The notes beneath the pieces are model-generated. The model did no database searches. It was not told where the DNA came from and saw nothing but the letters and a program-made list of their open reading frames with translations. A stretch of DNA of 64,000 bases, taken from assembly GCA_000004985.1 (NCBI GenBank), contig GG738919.1; one strand, 5' to 3'. The DNA is from Naegleria gruberi (Eukaryota). Below are positions 11,757 to 24,836 of this stretch, piece by piece (position 1 is the stretch's first letter; every line of letters begins with the position of its first letter). The translations under genes and the position numbers were made by a program.

Positions 11757-12905
11757 ATGACTGAAACACTCTTGTTCTCCCGTCATAACCAAGTTGTCCT
11801 GAATAATATTAAGCTTTGGAACATTGGCATCCACAACAAAATTGATTTCTTAGCGGAAAACAAACTTTTCTTCAATTCAAGAATGGCCGAAATTAAGGAA
11901 CAAGCCATCCGATTAAATGATGATGATTTATCTCCCGAGGAAAGAGAAAAAATAAGTATTGAAAAGTTTGTTCTTGATTTGGTTCTGAGATGGAATGTGC
12001 AAGATTACTTTGATGATGATATTGAGAAAAGCTTTCAAGTTCCGTTTTTTTTGAATGAACATTTTAATAAGTATACCATGTACAGCTTGCTGTTTTTTAG
12101 AAATATATTGTTTGAATCTGAATATTATATGGAGGAGTACATTAGAGAATATCCAAAGATAGCAATTTATTCTCCCATGTTCAAATGTTTTGCTAGTTTT
12201 GTAAAGGAAGAATATGACTTGAAGAGCAAGAGATCTTCTATGTTAAATCAAATTCCCTTCTTGAACTTTATTATTAAGCTATTTAATTCTGTAGGAGTTG
12301 AAGTTAAGGTGAATGATTATTTGAGAGATGAGAATGGAAATATCCTGGTCAATCAATTACTAGCAATCAGCTATGAACAATTTAATATGTGTGGAATAGT
12401 TTCAAGTGACTTGTCAATAGAGAGCGAAGAGGAATGGAGAAACTGTATTTTCACATCACACATAATGCAAAGAAAACACACCAACACACAAAGAATGTTC
12501 TCTCTTTGTTTCATCATCCATGGTTGTAAAATTACCTTCTTTTATTCACATCAACCATATTCATTGGATTATTTCTTATTCAATAAGATTCAAACTTGGG
12601 ACTTTTGCAATGCAGATCATCTTATTGAAATAGTTGGATGCCTTTTCATGTTTATAAATCTTTCTTGGATGAATTCAAAAACAAATCCTTTTGGATATAT
12701 TGGTACACAGATTCTTTCTGCAATGAACACTGTTGCACTTTATGAACAAAAACTAAAAGAAAAACTAAAATATGAAGAGGAGAGACAACAGTATCGGATA
12801 ATTAAGGAAAAGCATAGATTGTTAAAAAAAAAGAGAAAGGACAAAAAAATTAAGTTTACTGAGAGTGTTATTGACCAATTATTGAAATGCACAATTACCA
12901 AATAG
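11757..12905 (+). CDS. hypothetical protein (no recognisable domain), Lys-rich C-terminus
   Basis: 382-aa ORF with an ATG start. Coding-like composition. No recognisable motif. Confidence 0.4.
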   Translation: MTETLLFSRHNQVVLNNIKLWNIGIHNKIDFLAENKLFFNSRMAEIKEQAIRLNDDDLSPEEREKISIEKFVLDLVLRWNVQDYFDDDIEKSFQVPFFLNEHFNKYTMYSLLFFRNILFESEYYMEEYIREYPKIAIYSPMFKCFASFVKEEYDLKSKRSSMLNQIPFLNFIIKLFNSVGVEVKVNDYLRDENGNILVNQLLAISYEQFNMCGIVSSDLSIESEEEWRNCIFTSHIMQRKHTNTQRMFSLCFIIHGCKITFFYSHQPYSLDYFLFNKIQTWDFCNADHLIEIVGCLFMFINLSWMNSKTNPFGYIGTQILSAMNTVALYEQKLKEKLKYEEERQQYRIIKEKHRLLKKKRKDKKIKFTESVIDQLLKCTITK

Positions 12906-13020
12906 TCTGGTAACAATTTCATAATTCAAATGTGTAGTATTGCTCATATTTAGGCTAATCTTGTTGTATATAATTTCACTGGTTTACTAATTTTACCAAC
13001 ATTTCAATATTTATTCGAGA

Positions 13021-13959
13021 TTAAAACTTTTTTGAAGGATTAACTTGCATTTCAGAACTTAAATTTCCATCATTCACAATTTTCTTTCTAACAACCATGT
13101 TAATATAAATTTCTGAAATGATTAAATTTCCACTCACAGCCAACCAAGCTGAAGCTCCATAAACTTCCTTCTGGGCTGCATCCAAAATGCCATATGAAGT
13201 ATCAGAGAGATTTGGATTGCCAGCAATGTAAAAACCAGCAAATAGAAATAGATAAATTCTCAGAGTGATGGCAGCACATACAGAACTGAAACATCGAATC
13301 ATCCATTCTCTATGTCTTTGAATTCTATCACCTTTAGGAAGATGTTTTACGAGTGGATTCTTGTGAGCAAAGGTTACGTATAAAAGAGCCATTCCCAGAG
13401 TGACAATCCATATCAGAGATAGGAGAGAGAAGGCAACTTTTGTGTTAACACCTCCTACACTATATGGAATGAGCCATAATCCACCCACGAATCCAATAAA
13501 CACACACGCTGAAAAGATGTAACCAATAATCTTGTGAATAATCATCACTCTTCTTCGAATCACATCCTGAAATTGCAATATACCAATGAGTAGACACAAT
13601 ATTCCACCAATAGCATGAACAATGAGTGCTGGATATCCCTTATCGACAGTATAGTCTTTTCCAATAAAGAGGTCCTTTCTATAATCTTCAGGATTATTTG
13701 GATTAACAGGAGAAGCTCTCATAATTCCGAATTGAACTGCTATTGCAACCCATCCAGCAAATATCAATAACCAATACACTATCCATCCAATAACTCGTCC
13801 ACATTGTTTTAAATTCTTTTTACTCATGATTGGTTTTTTGAACTTAACTGGAATGTTATCTTTAATATTGCCTGTTGTGGATTTGGAGTCGTCATGACGT
13901 GGTGCCTTGTCCAATATGAGGTCTTGAGAGGAGTTGGAAAGAGTCATATTGTCGCCCAT
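13021..13959 (-). CDS. polytopic membrane protein (5-6 TM), DUF2306-like
   Basis: 312-aa ORF with an ATG start. Multiple hydrophobic helices (VIGWIVYWLLIFAGWVAIAV, AIGGILCLLIGIL, IIGYIFSACVFIGFVGGLWLI, FSLLSLIWIVTLGMALLYV, AAITLRIYLFLFAGFYIAG). Confidence 0.5.
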   Translation of the reverse strand: MGDNMTLSNSSQDLILDKAPRHDDSKSTTGNIKDNIPVKFKKPIMSKKNLKQCGRVIGWIVYWLLIFAGWVAIAVQFGIMRASPVNPNNPEDYRKDLFIGKDYTVDKGYPALIVHAIGGILCLLIGILQFQDVIRRRVMIIHKIIGYIFSACVFIGFVGGLWLIPYSVGGVNTKVAFSLLSLIWIVTLGMALLYVTFAHKNPLVKHLPKGDRIQRHREWMIRCFSSVCAAITLRIYLFLFAGFYIAGNPNLSDTSYGILDAAQKEVYGASAWLAVSGNLIISEIYINMVVRKKIVNDGNLSSEMQVNPSKKF

Positions 13960-14336
13960 GCTTTTTTTTGTTGATTGGGTTTTTGTTTACAGTCAGTTAT
14001 AGTTAGTTGGCTGAGATTTCACATTAAGGTGGTCATGAAGGAATTGGAATTGGAAGAAAACAGTAATGGGGTTAAAAGAGTCGCATATTAGAAAATATAC
14101 CTCAGCAAATTGGAAGTGGAATAAATTGGCGCTATATTTGGTAGTTAAGGTATTGAAACAACTCATGTGGTCACTCCAGAAAATGTCAAGCAGAGAAGAA
14201 GGAAACAAATCCAACTCATTTGCAAACATTTCATTGCAATAGGTTGCCTTACAGAAACGACTTTATAAAGTCTGTATTAATAGCTTAATGCAAAATTATT
14301 GTTATGTACATTATTTTGGTGTTTATTTACATTATT

Positions 14337-15122
14337 TTAATTATCCATTTCCATGGTTAACTCCTTTTTCAATGAATAGAAGGTAAAGTGACCCATCAAA
14401 TTCAATGAATTGTACGAAAGATATCTGCAAATGGCTTCTCTTTGCTCTGGCCAAAATCCAGCATTGACTTGTTTGCCGAATAACTCAAATAACGAATGCA
14501 ATGATTCAAGGGCCTTCTTGTCATTAGTCAGCATGATTAAGTCTATCAAAATGGATGCAACTTGCTCAACAAAACAATTGGAAATCCTCAATTTTTGATT
14601 AGAATTTCTTTCAATCCATAACTTTTCCAAAGTATTCGAAACATGTTGAGAGAGTACATCCTCTCCAAAGCTCAAATTCAATCCCTTCTCATTGAAAATT
14701 TCATTCACCAAAACTTTAGCCTTCTTTCTCCTAATCATATTTACAAAAACAACTGCAATGTAGACTTGTTCTTCAAATATTACCAACAATTCGGAAGAAA
14801 CTTGACTCAACCAAGCAAATACCTTCTCCATTAATACCTCTTCATACTTGTTATTATTATTTAAGGAAGAAGCTTCGCATTCTGCTTGACTAGCAAATTG
14901 AATAATGAGGTTTTGTACGGAATGGAAAATCGACGTCACTTCAAATGCTGTAATTGTTTTTCTTGGCAATGATTTTGTATTCAAAATTGATTCAATTTCA
15001 TCTTGTATACAATGAGGAGAGCAAACATCTGGATTGGAATGTTGTTCTTCCTCCTCAGTTGCTGCTGGTGCTTGATGAGTTGATAAAAAGAAGGCTTCTT
15101 CGGTAGTGGTCGTCGTGCTCAT
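14337..15122 (-). CDS. hypothetical protein
   Basis: 261-aa ORF with an ATG start. Acidic N-terminus. No recognisable motif. Confidence 0.4.
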   Translation of the reverse strand: MSTTTTTEEAFFLSTHQAPAATEEEEQHSNPDVCSPHCIQDEIESILNTKSLPRKTITAFEVTSIFHSVQNLIIQFASQAECEASSLNNNNKYEEVLMEKVFAWLSQVSSELLVIFEEQVYIAVVFVNMIRRKKAKVLVNEIFNEKGLNLSFGEDVLSQHVSNTLEKLWIERNSNQKLRISNCFVEQVASILIDLIMLTNDKKALESLHSLFELFGKQVNAGFWPEQREAICRYLSYNSLNLMGHFTFYSLKKELTMEMDN

Positions 15123-15522
15123 TTGTAGGCTTTGAGAATTTTTGTTTTTTTTAAGTTTGTTTCCTTAAGAGTTTTTAAAAATAGCGCGCTTGTAATACAA
15201 TTGTAGTAGAAGTTGACAAAGCTTTGAGAGCAAGGTTTTTTGTAGGCTTATTGGAAAGTATTCGAATCTCCATAATTTTTTGACAAGCACTCTGTCACTG
15301 AAGCGTTCAACGTTAATGGTTGGATTAAAGATAATGAAGTTGAAGGAAAGTCATACTGTCTAAAGACAATTTCCAAAATAAATATTTCATCTTCTTTGAA
15401 CTTTACAAGTAATTTTCATGAAATAATTATCTTCATTATATATGTAAATTTTCTACTTTGGAATTTTATAAAGAATTTCTAAAAGAATCTTTATTTCTTC
15501 CATTCGAAATTAAGGAAAAAAA

Positions 15523-15981
15523 ATGAATCCAACCACAAACACTACGCAACCGCAACAACAAGCTATCAACCCATCCGAACCGGTTCCAGTCAGCCACGAA
15601 CAAAAATACGAAACGAAACCTTCGCATACTGGACAATCAGTTCATTATGTGCATGATCCAATTTATGTTCAACCTCAATATCAGCAGCCTGTCATGATGG
15701 TTCCTGTAGATATTGATCAAGATGCTGCAGAAGCTTCAAGTGCCTTCACCATGGCCATTTGTTTCTCTATCTTAATGACATGTTTTGGATGTGTTTGTAT
15801 GAGCAGTATTCCATTTTTGTTTGTTTGGGTAATGTACAGAAAATCGTCGAGTGAGAGGGCTAAAAGACTTTCCTCCCTGTCAATGCTCACCTTTTTTATC
15901 TTGCTATGCATGAACATTGTTTTCATAATCATAACTATTTGTGTTGTGACAATTGTGCCACCTGTTGTGATCTATACATAA
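15523..15981 (+). CDS. small Pro/Gln/Tyr-rich protein with two C-terminal TM helices (CD225/CYSTM-like organisation)
   Basis: 152-aa ORF with an ATG start. PQ/PY-rich N-terminal half. Two hydrophobic segments follow (AFTMAICFSILMTCFGCVCM; LTFFILLCMNIVFIIITICVVTIV). Confidence 0.4.
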   Translation: MNPTTNTTQPQQQAINPSEPVPVSHEQKYETKPSHTGQSVHYVHDPIYVQPQYQQPVMMVPVDIDQDAAEASSAFTMAICFSILMTCFGCVCMSSIPFLFVWVMYRKSSSERAKRLSSLSMLTFFILLCMNIVFIIITICVVTIVPPVVIYT

Positions 15982-16124
15982 AGTTGGTCTTGTAATGGTC
16001 CATGCCTCAAATAAATTCATTATACTTTGTTTCCTCTTCAAGCCATTCACCAGAAGAGCTAGTATAAAAACATCCACACAACAGAAAATCTGCTTTACCT
16101 TGAATCTACTCTTTGAGCAACAAT

Positions 16125-17000
16125 TCAATCATAAATAGCTAGACTTGATTCAAGAAAAATCATCATGTATTTGCAATCTTTCAGAAAGAAGAATCCACAC
16201 AAACTAGTACTATTTCCAAACTGTACATTTTCAATTAGTCTTCCTTCCACATCAAAGGTTGTTAAACACTGCGAATTATTAGAATGTATATAGGTCTTAC
16301 GATTGTATCTATCTACTTTCGTAGTAAAAGTCAAATACGCATAGTTAGTTTTCTTCTTTACAACTTTACCATTCTTGGTAAACACTCTCGTAAAATATAA
16401 ATACTTTGAATCGTATCCTCCCACAATCAAGTTATCATTTACATCCCATCCAATGCCATTAAACATTCGCATTTTCACTCGAATTTTATCGAGAATAAAT
16501 CCAGTCACTGAATCCATCAATGTTAAATATCCATCATAGGAGAAGTAAAATAATATCCCCCTATCATCCTCCACAATAGTATCAGTCTCAACTCCCGGCT
16601 TTATCCACACAATATCACCACTCTCAATATCAATTTTTCGTAATTCTCTCTTTCCAGCAATATTAATAATGGTCAGGAAACACTTTTCCTTTTTTAAGGG
16701 AAACAGTACTGGTATAGTGTATAGTGCTCCTTCAATATTTAGCTGATATTCATTAACTATTGATATATTAACTTGCATAGCAAGTGGATCATCATCATTG
16801 AATGAAAAATCGGCAACAACAATTTTAGTTTGATAGGGTTGCTGTTGGTTCATTGCTTTGGCAGCAACAATTAAAGTTTTATCAGGATAGGGACAATAAA
16901 TTGCTTGCCTAATATTCTCTGATCCGAAGGGAAAGCTAACTTCAGCCAGTTTATTCAAGTTGGTTTGATAGCCCTGGAGATTTGGTGTTGCTGTAGACAT
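16125..17000 (-). CDS. hypothetical protein (beta-rich, possibly propeller-like)
   Basis: 291-aa ORF with an ATG start. No recognisable motif. Confidence 0.4.
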   Translation of the reverse strand: MSTATPNLQGYQTNLNKLAEVSFPFGSENIRQAIYCPYPDKTLIVAAKAMNQQQPYQTKIVVADFSFNDDDPLAMQVNISIVNEYQLNIEGALYTIPVLFPLKKEKCFLTIINIAGKRELRKIDIESGDIVWIKPGVETDTIVEDDRGILFYFSYDGYLTLMDSVTGFILDKIRVKMRMFNGIGWDVNDNLIVGGYDSKYLYFTRVFTKNGKVVKKKTNYAYLTFTTKVDRYNRKTYIHSNNSQCLTTFDVEGRLIENVQFGNSTSLCGFFFLKDCKYMMIFLESSLAIYD

Positions 17001-17243
17001 TTTTTTTTAATAATTTTATTTTGTGAGTTACAAGTTCATTTGCAGTTCACTTAAAGTTCTACATTCTCATAAATATCTGGGATATTAACATAACCTTTCA
17101 TTATTATTTTATTCATACGAATATATCCAATGAGCATTCTCAAAGCAGAGGAAAGAAGAGTTCATATATGAACTAATTCTTGGTTCTTGTACTGCTGAGA
17201 ACAGGGTCTAGCTCACAGTCATTTTGTAATCAATTTCAAAAAA

Positions 17244-18200
17244 ATGCTAAAGTGTAGACCCCATCTTTCGTCAAGCTGTAATTTATTTCATACAAATCTT
17301 GCCATTGTTAAAAAACATCAGTGGCTCAGTCACAACATTTTCAATAATAGAACCTTTGAAAAATATAAATCTACCTGCTTACTACTTCTTCCAGGAATGG
17401 ACGGAACTAGTCTTCTGTTTGAACCATTTACTCAACAAATGATGGAAAAGAGCAAACAATTCAACCATCCTTTGCACATCTATCCGATACCTTATCCTAA
17501 TCAGCCATTGATGAACTATTCAGAGTTGGAACTATATTCGAGAAGAAAAATCAAAGAAATTCTTGACAATTATCACATGGAAGAAGAAACTAATGTTGTA
17601 ATTTTGGGAGAATCATTTTCTGGACCTATTGCCACGTCCATTACATCAATGATGAATAATGAACGGGAAGGAGGAGAATTTCCGATTAGTGGTTTGATAT
17701 TATGTTGTACATTTGTGGCCAATCCTAGACCAGTACTCAGTTTTCCTTTCAGGTTCATATTTTCTTCACCCAATTCCAATAATCAAAGCTTCAAAACTAA
17801 TCTAATGGATTCTCTAATTAGAATTTTATTTCAACAGGAGTGGCTTATGAAAATCATTAGTAAGCTCATGTTCCATTCAGAAAAACAGAGGAATCTATTT
17901 CTCAGAGCTATGAAAATAACTCCTCCTGAAGTTATTGGCCTCCGATTGAGAAATGTTCTATATGTGAACAGAATTGAAGAATTGAGAAAATGCAACAATA
18001 TTCCTCTATTAATTCTGAGAGCTAGGAATGATTGGATTGTCCCCAACTCTGCTCAACAACTCTTGGAGGAGGTATTCGAAGGAAATTGTAATTGTCCTCC
18101 ACCAATTGTTGGTTCTCATTTTCTTTTACAAAACAATCCAGAAGAAACTTCAGAAGTTATTTGGAAATTCGTTCAAAATTTACCCAAGGTCAAGTCATGA
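17244..18200 (+). CDS. alpha/beta-hydrolase fold protein
   Basis: ATG start. LLLLPGMDGTSLLF resembles the oxyanion-loop region. VVILGESFSGPIA is a nucleophile-elbow-like G-x-S-x-(S)G motif. Confidence 0.5.
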   Translation: MLKCRPHLSSSCNLFHTNLAIVKKHQWLSHNIFNNRTFEKYKSTCLLLLPGMDGTSLLFEPFTQQMMEKSKQFNHPLHIYPIPYPNQPLMNYSELELYSRRKIKEILDNYHMEEETNVVILGESFSGPIATSITSMMNNEREGGEFPISGLILCCTFVANPRPVLSFPFRFIFSSPNSNNQSFKTNLMDSLIRILFQQEWLMKIISKLMFHSEKQRNLFLRAMKITPPEVIGLRLRNVLYVNRIEELRKCNNIPLLILRARNDWIVPNSAQQLLEEVFEGNCNCPPPIVGSHFLLQNNPEETSEVIWKFVQNLPKVKS

Positions 18201-18323
18201 TCTTTTTCCACTTTATTCAATCCTCAAAAGTTTAGTTTTCATAATCAATCTAATAATTAATATTGAAAAAGTGGACTATATAAAAATTGAAATTCAATCA
18301 AAATAATAAATTGAAAAAAAATA

Positions 18324-20390
18324 ATGCTCTCACATACAGCCAAGATTTTCCGTCATTCAAGAAGGGTTTGCAATAAATCGGCCCTCTCATGTGTTGCCAC
18401 TTCATCATCATCGGCAATGCTCGGAATGAAGAATATTCCGACAACAACATTTCAAAATCAATTCCTTGTTGAAAATATCAAGAATTTTAGTACACAATTA
18501 AATGTTAGAAATCAACAACAAGAACAACCACTTGATGAATCAGCCTTGAGTCAACATATTTTCCAATTTATTCAACAACAATCTGCTAATCTTCCTTTGC
18601 AAAATTTTGCTGATTTGGACAAGTTACTTCAAACATTGATTTTCCAAGGACATCTCATCTTTAGAGCACAAACTATGGAAGAATGGAAACCTGTTTATTA
18701 TGAAATTTTGAATATTCTCTCTAGCAATTCTACTATTTTTGCTGATATTGACCAAACTCAATTGTCTCAAGTGGAAAAGGATGTTAATGAATTTGCTGAT
18801 GCTATCATTAGTACATTTGAAAAGTATGCTACTTCTGGTGGATTGGAGAATAAGGTTGTTGGTGATGTTTTGAGGTAGGTTTGAAATAGTTCAAATTTAT
18901 TCATCTATTTGTTTAATGATTGAACTATTTCATGTATATAGAATGTTGGCTGAAGATGTCATTGTTTCATCACTCCCAACTGTTAAATTTGCTCCAAATG
19001 GAGCTCATGCTCAATATGTTCAACATGTTGCTGACCAAATGGGAGATTATGTTGAAATGACTAATTTACCTCAAATCAAGGTCATTCTTCTCACTAGAAA
19101 GGCTTTAGGTTTGCACAAGCTTGGAGCTTTGGATAAGGCTTTGGAAACTTGTGATAAGGCTATTGAAATTATGCCAGATTTCTCCCCAAGTTATCTGTAA
19201 GTATTGTGAATTTGAAAAGTGAAATATTGAAAGACATTAGTGTTCGTGCCTCCACTTTCTTATTCATGGAAAAACCACAAGAATCCATTGAAGCTTGTAA
19301 CAAGACCCTCTCAATTGAAGAAGGAAATATGGAAGCCTATTTGTGTAGAGCTGTTTCCTACCTCAAATTGGGTGATACTGAAAAGGCACTTACTGACCTT
19401 AACACTTTGTTGGAAGCTCATCCATCCCGTTTCGATGCCTTGACCAAGAGAGCTGCCATCTATTTCTCCAAAAAGATGTACGACAGTGCCATTCTCGATG
19501 TTGAAAGAGCCATCTACTATAATTCCAACGATGTTCAAGTTTTCACTGATGTTGTCATGAGTTTCGATTGTGCCTCTGATAAGTGTGCTGAACAAATCAT
19601 TGTAGGTCTCTTCAATAAGACTCGTAATCAAATTGCTGATGCAGTTAAAGCATTCGATGAAGCTATTAAGGTCAATCCTGATGATGCTGTCTCATATCAT
19701 CAAAGAGGTCTCTTGCAATACAATTATATGGGTGATTCTAAGGCTGCTCTCGAAGATCTCCAACAAGCTATCGATAAGAGAAGTTCATTGACCTCTGAAA
19801 CATACACTGGTATTTTACTCCAAGATTATGCCATGATTGTTCTCAATATGTTCGTTGCTGAATATAAGGATAAGGCACCAGATGGAAATGTTCCAACCTT
19901 TGAAACTTCTCCAGCTTTGGCCACTGCTTACAGTTGTTTTGCTGAATCTACTACTAAAATGCCAGCTCCAGCTCAATTGAAGGCCATTACAAGTATGGGT
20001 AGTATTCACATTCTCATGAATGAAAATGAACAAGGTATCGAATTGTTCACTAAGGCTATTGAAGTTGCCAAGCCAAAGACTGCCAGTGGATACACTCCAG
20101 AATTGAGAAGTGAAATGGCTGCTGCTTACTTTAACAGAGCTCACGTCTATCACATGAAGATTATCAATAATGAATTGGCTCTCAAAGACTATGACATGGC
20201 CATCAAGTTGAATCCAAACAATCCATTGTTCTATCACTATCGTTCCATGCTCCACATCCACATGGGTAATGATGAATTGGCCAAGAAGGATGAAGATACT
20301 GCCAAGAAGATTACTGAAAGACAACAAGAAAGAATCAAACAAATGCAAAAATTGCAACAAGAAAGCAGTCCAGAACAACCAACCCTCTAA
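18324..20390 (+). CDS. TPR-repeat protein with predicted N-terminal mitochondrial-type presequence; three exons
   Basis: Exon 1 is 18324..18874 (donor GTAGGT at 18875). Exon 2 is 18942..19196 (acceptor TATATAG; donor GTAAGT at 19197). Exon 3 starts at 19241 (acceptor CATTAG) or, less plausibly, 19220, and runs to 20390. The frames of the three ORFs are consistent with phase-2 splices. TPR-like helices throughout (AYLCRAVSYLKLGDTEKALTDLNTLLEAHP etc.). Confidence 0.6.
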
Positions 20391-20474
20391 TTTATTAAAA
20401 AACAATATTTTCTATTCTTGTAATCTGTGCTTGAATGTCAGACACTTGACGTTTTAAATTAAATATTAAAAAAA

Positions 20475-23400
20475 ATGAAAAAATTATTCAGAAGGAAAAA
20501 GAAGAAGGATTCCACTGATGAAGAAACAACAGTCACCGATCAACAAGCACCAACTGATGAAGATGATGTAACAGCCACCAACTATGACTATGATGAGGAA
20601 TTAATGGACGAAGAAAACGAAAGTGACAATGAAGAGGAAGATATGGAACAAAAACAACTTTTATATCATCAATATAGTGATTATACATCGGAGGATTTAA
20701 AATCATCACTGGATGAAATTATAGATTCGATTGATGCTGAATATAGAGTTGAGGATTTTAGTTACATTGATGCCATTGCTCGTTCTCTCAAGAATGGAAC
20801 GGATAAAGAGGATTTACGTAAATTGAAGGATAATAAGAAGTTTTTGGATGATGCAGTCAAGCAAATTGTCTGTGTTAATTATAAGGGCTTCAATAAGAGT
20901 ATTCGTAATTTTTCTGACATGTTGGATTTGATGGAGAAGGGTCAAAGTCAAGTACAGAATATGATTGAAAAAGTTAGAACAACGAAGGAGTTGTTGGCTT
21001 TGAGATCTACAGATTTGATTTCATTGTATAGTAGTTATTTGCAACAGAAAGAGGTAAGGAGTTGTTGAGATTTTTAACATGTTTAAATTGAAACTGGAAT
21101 TTCGGATAGATTTTGGATATTTTAGATGTTGTGCAGAAAGTAAAGAATGCACCAAATGAGATTACATCGTCCATGAATTCAAAACACTTTTTATATGCAG
21201 CTCGTACTTTGAAAACTTATAATGGAATGGCAAATAGCGAAAGATTGAGATCTATCAAGGCTCTTCATGATATTCGTGACCAATTTATGGAATTTTATGA
21301 CAAAATGCCAGATATTATCACTGATGAATTGAAGGCTCAGCTTCACATTCATGCCTATCAAAAATCATTGGATATGATTGATGATGATGATTGGAGATAT
21401 CAATTGGCTGGTGGAAGTGGTAGTGGTATTCCTACCCATGCCAATTCACCAATTACTATTCCAAAACTGAATAGTAAATTGGCTAATCAAATTAAGAGAT
21501 TTTCCACAAGACCAGGTGTATCCCCAATTATAACTAAAGAAGATCCAGAACCAGAACAAAAAATCAAACCATTTTCACAAGTCCAAGATAATTTGGCACT
21601 AGATTATGAGAAGGAAGACCCAGCCCAGTATGTTATCAATTTAGTGGAAGCTCTCGATGTGTTGGGAACACTTTCTGAATTGCAATCCAAATTGGTACAA
21701 AATTTGAGATTCGAATTGAGACACTTGATAGAGTCTCACATTAACGAGTTTGCAAATTCATTGAAGGGATCTGACAGAGACTTGTTGTGGCTAATTATTC
21801 AAAATAAGAATTTAGCAAGTAATGAACAAGTTGGGCTCTTTTCCAGTAACTTTGACGATCCACTCGAACAACATAAAACCAACACTGGAAAGGCAATTTT
21901 GCAAGGAAGATTAATTTCGGAAATGATGGAAGGACTTTTTATCAAACTGAAAAAGGTGATGAAGAATTATCAATTCTTAATCAAATTACTCGAGCAAAAG
22001 TTAGCTCAGAGAGACAGCTCCATTATAGGCGATAAGGAATTGGGATCTATGAGTATTATTCTTTCCAAGCAGGTTATTACAAGAGTAAGAGAATCCATCT
22101 CTAAGAAATTAGAAGATTTGAGATTGAATTTTAGAACTGCTGGAGACTTTGAGGACTTGTTGCAGGAGTGCATGGAAGAATTAATGTACAACTTTATTGA
22201 TAAGAACTACGACGAGTCAGCAAGACAACGTGTAAAGGATCTAATCTTGATATTTGAAGTTCAAGTTGACTTGAAGACAAGAGATGCAGGAAAGAAGGAG
22301 AAACAAAATGCAGAAAAGGTTAAATCTAGCTTCAAGACACTTGTCATTAATACACTTTCCTCTCCAGATACACCAAGTCTCCTCTCCATTGAACACATTT
22401 GGAAAACTGTGGAAGATGAAATGGGATCCGTACTCAAGGAACTCTTAGGTTTGAGAAATAGTGATTTGGACAATTCAAGCAAGAGAAAATCCACCACAAA
22501 CCTCAGTGAATTTGCTGATAATGGTAAAAAGAAGAAGAAAATCTCTGATTTTAACTTTGAAATCAAATTCAAATTCTCCACCAATGTAGATTTTCCACTC
22601 ATGGCCATGAATGAATCTGAAGATCAAGGTTCAATGAAAATTTTGTGTGAATCGTTGAACAGCTACTTTATCTTCTCACCTTACAATATCATTTGGATGT
22701 ACAAGGTTGTTACTGGATTCGTCGATCAGATCTATTCCAATTTCAAAATTGTCAATGACAGAGACGAAGATGATGAAGATGAAAGAACCTATTCTGGAAA
22801 CAGCAATGAATCAATCCTCCAAATGTTCATGGATAATTTCATCATTGGTGCATTCATGCCACTCATCGAAGAGGACTATAGAAACAAATTGTCCAAACTC
22901 TTAACTGACCAAGACAAGCACAATACCAATGCCTTCCTCCCTAGAGAATCCCCAAACCAAACCTCCTCAACTTATACCTACGTTTCCAAAACTGAAAAGA
23001 GACCACTATTGAACAGTGCTCTCTTCTTAGCATCTTGGCTTAGAGAATTGTTCAAGATTTCTCTTTCCCTTCCAGTGTACAAAATGAGTATTTTTAATGT
23101 GATTGAAATTGTTTTGAAGAATTATTTGGCCTCTTGCAAGAGTCAATTTGATTCTGTCATTAGAGGCAAATTCATTCAACAATCTTTGACTGCAGAGTAT
23201 GAAAGTGTGTATCCAGTGTTGAAATCTGATCCAAACTTTAAACTTCTCTATACTAAATCAAAGTCACAAATTGATTCGTCAACCTATTCGAAACTCTCCG
23301 AGAAATTCTACAAGAAATTGTTTGTCATCATTGATGAAAAACTTCAAATCAATTATCCACACAATCTTCCAAAGACCAAATTCATTGACAATAACTCTCA

Positions 23401-24493
23401 ATTAATTCTCTTGGCAAATATCAATGATAGTTTGGAATGGTTAGCAGATCTCATCAAGAGCTACCAAAAGGAACTCATTCAAACAGAACTTTTTGCAGTC
23501 AAGACTCAACAAAAGACAGAAGAATACAGAGTAAAGAAAGAAGCTGCATCAACACCTAATACCACTAGTATGCATCAAGTGGCAAGCGATCCAAATATCA
23601 GAAAACCTATTAAGGTTCATCACTTGAGAGTTTTGAGTACGGATGCTGAGAGTGTAACCTCTGATCATTCAGATGAGGAAACCAATGCCATTCAAAGAAT
23701 TAAGAAATCTACCCTCTTCCTCTCCAATTATGAAAAGGATTACAGAGATTTGGCAATAAGATGTCTATTCTCACTCAAGTTGGATATTCGTGTTCACTGT
23801 TATCACTTTATTCATTGTAATTTGATGGACAATTTACTCAAGTTTGGAACCTACGACTGTGAAGATGAAAGAAAGGAACCTGAAGATTTCATCAATTTAT
23901 TCAATCAAGATTTGTTCAGAATTGAGAGATATCTTTCCTGCTATTTACCAAAGAGCAAATTGAGATATTTATTCGAATCTATTGAAAAGATGATTCTTGA
24001 TCTTTTTATTGGAAGTTTACCATTTGCCATTTCACAATTCTATGAAATGAAACTTGACGATAGCTCTTCAGCAATGTTAGGAGGTGGCGATCTTATCAAA
24101 TCACCTTCATTCTCCAAGCTTGGTTTAGAGAAAATGATGAGAAATATCTTTAGTTTGCAGCAACAGCTTTCCAGTTTCAGTTTTGTAGACGAAAGAAAAT
24201 TCGAATCCATTCGAGAATACTTCTATCTCCTCCAAATGCAATCCCACCAACTTTTAAGAATGATAGAAACCAAATCACTCAAACAATTACCATTCACACA
24301 AGATCAATACGAAGCCATTCTCCAAACCGATTACGATCACATCAAGAGAGATGTTAAGGATGTAAACGTGTGTCGTCAATTCTTTGAAAAGAAGATTAAG
24401 AAACAGCAAGAAGCTCTCGCTGCCAAATCAGTCAACTCTCCAACGACACCAACCAGAAGATTAGTTTCCTCTTCATTGCCAAAGAAAAAATAA
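20475..24493 (+). CDS. large CATCHR-type tethering-complex subunit, exocyst Sec8 (EXOC4)-like; two exons
   Basis: Exon 1 is 20475..21053 (donor GTAAGG). Exon 2 is 21137..24493 (acceptor TTGTGCAG); the intron is 83 nt. The N-terminal region (VNYKGFNKSIRNFSDMLDLMEKGQSQVQNMIEKVRTTKELL) resembles the Sec8 N-terminal helical region. Total length is about 1320 aa. Confidence 0.35.
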
Positions 24494-24836
24494 AACAATT
24501 AAGGATGATCTTTTTAAACCTATCTGATACCAGATAGCATTATAATACTGATATTTTCTGATCCATTGTTCATAAAAGTGCACACTCTGAATCGATAATC
24601 AATTTTGTTGGGTATTATAATATCTTGTGCTGTAATTTTTCCCGCCAAGAAAATTTTCGTTTTTTCAGTTTAAAAAAAAAGAACAAAATTGGATTCATTG
24701 CCACCCTCTCTTTTGATTGCTGCTGATTATCATCATTGTTTAATTTCGGAGGAAGGCACAATATAGTAGATATAATATTTAGGAGAAGGAAGTTATAAAC
24801 ACTGTACAACAAACAACATATAAGAAGGGGAACAAA

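Noticed and set aside
19197-19219. 23-nt candidate intron in the TPR gene
   Set aside because: An alternative 44-nt intron (19197..19240) keeps the same frame and is more in line with the other introns. I preferred the longer one. Either choice keeps the gene intact.
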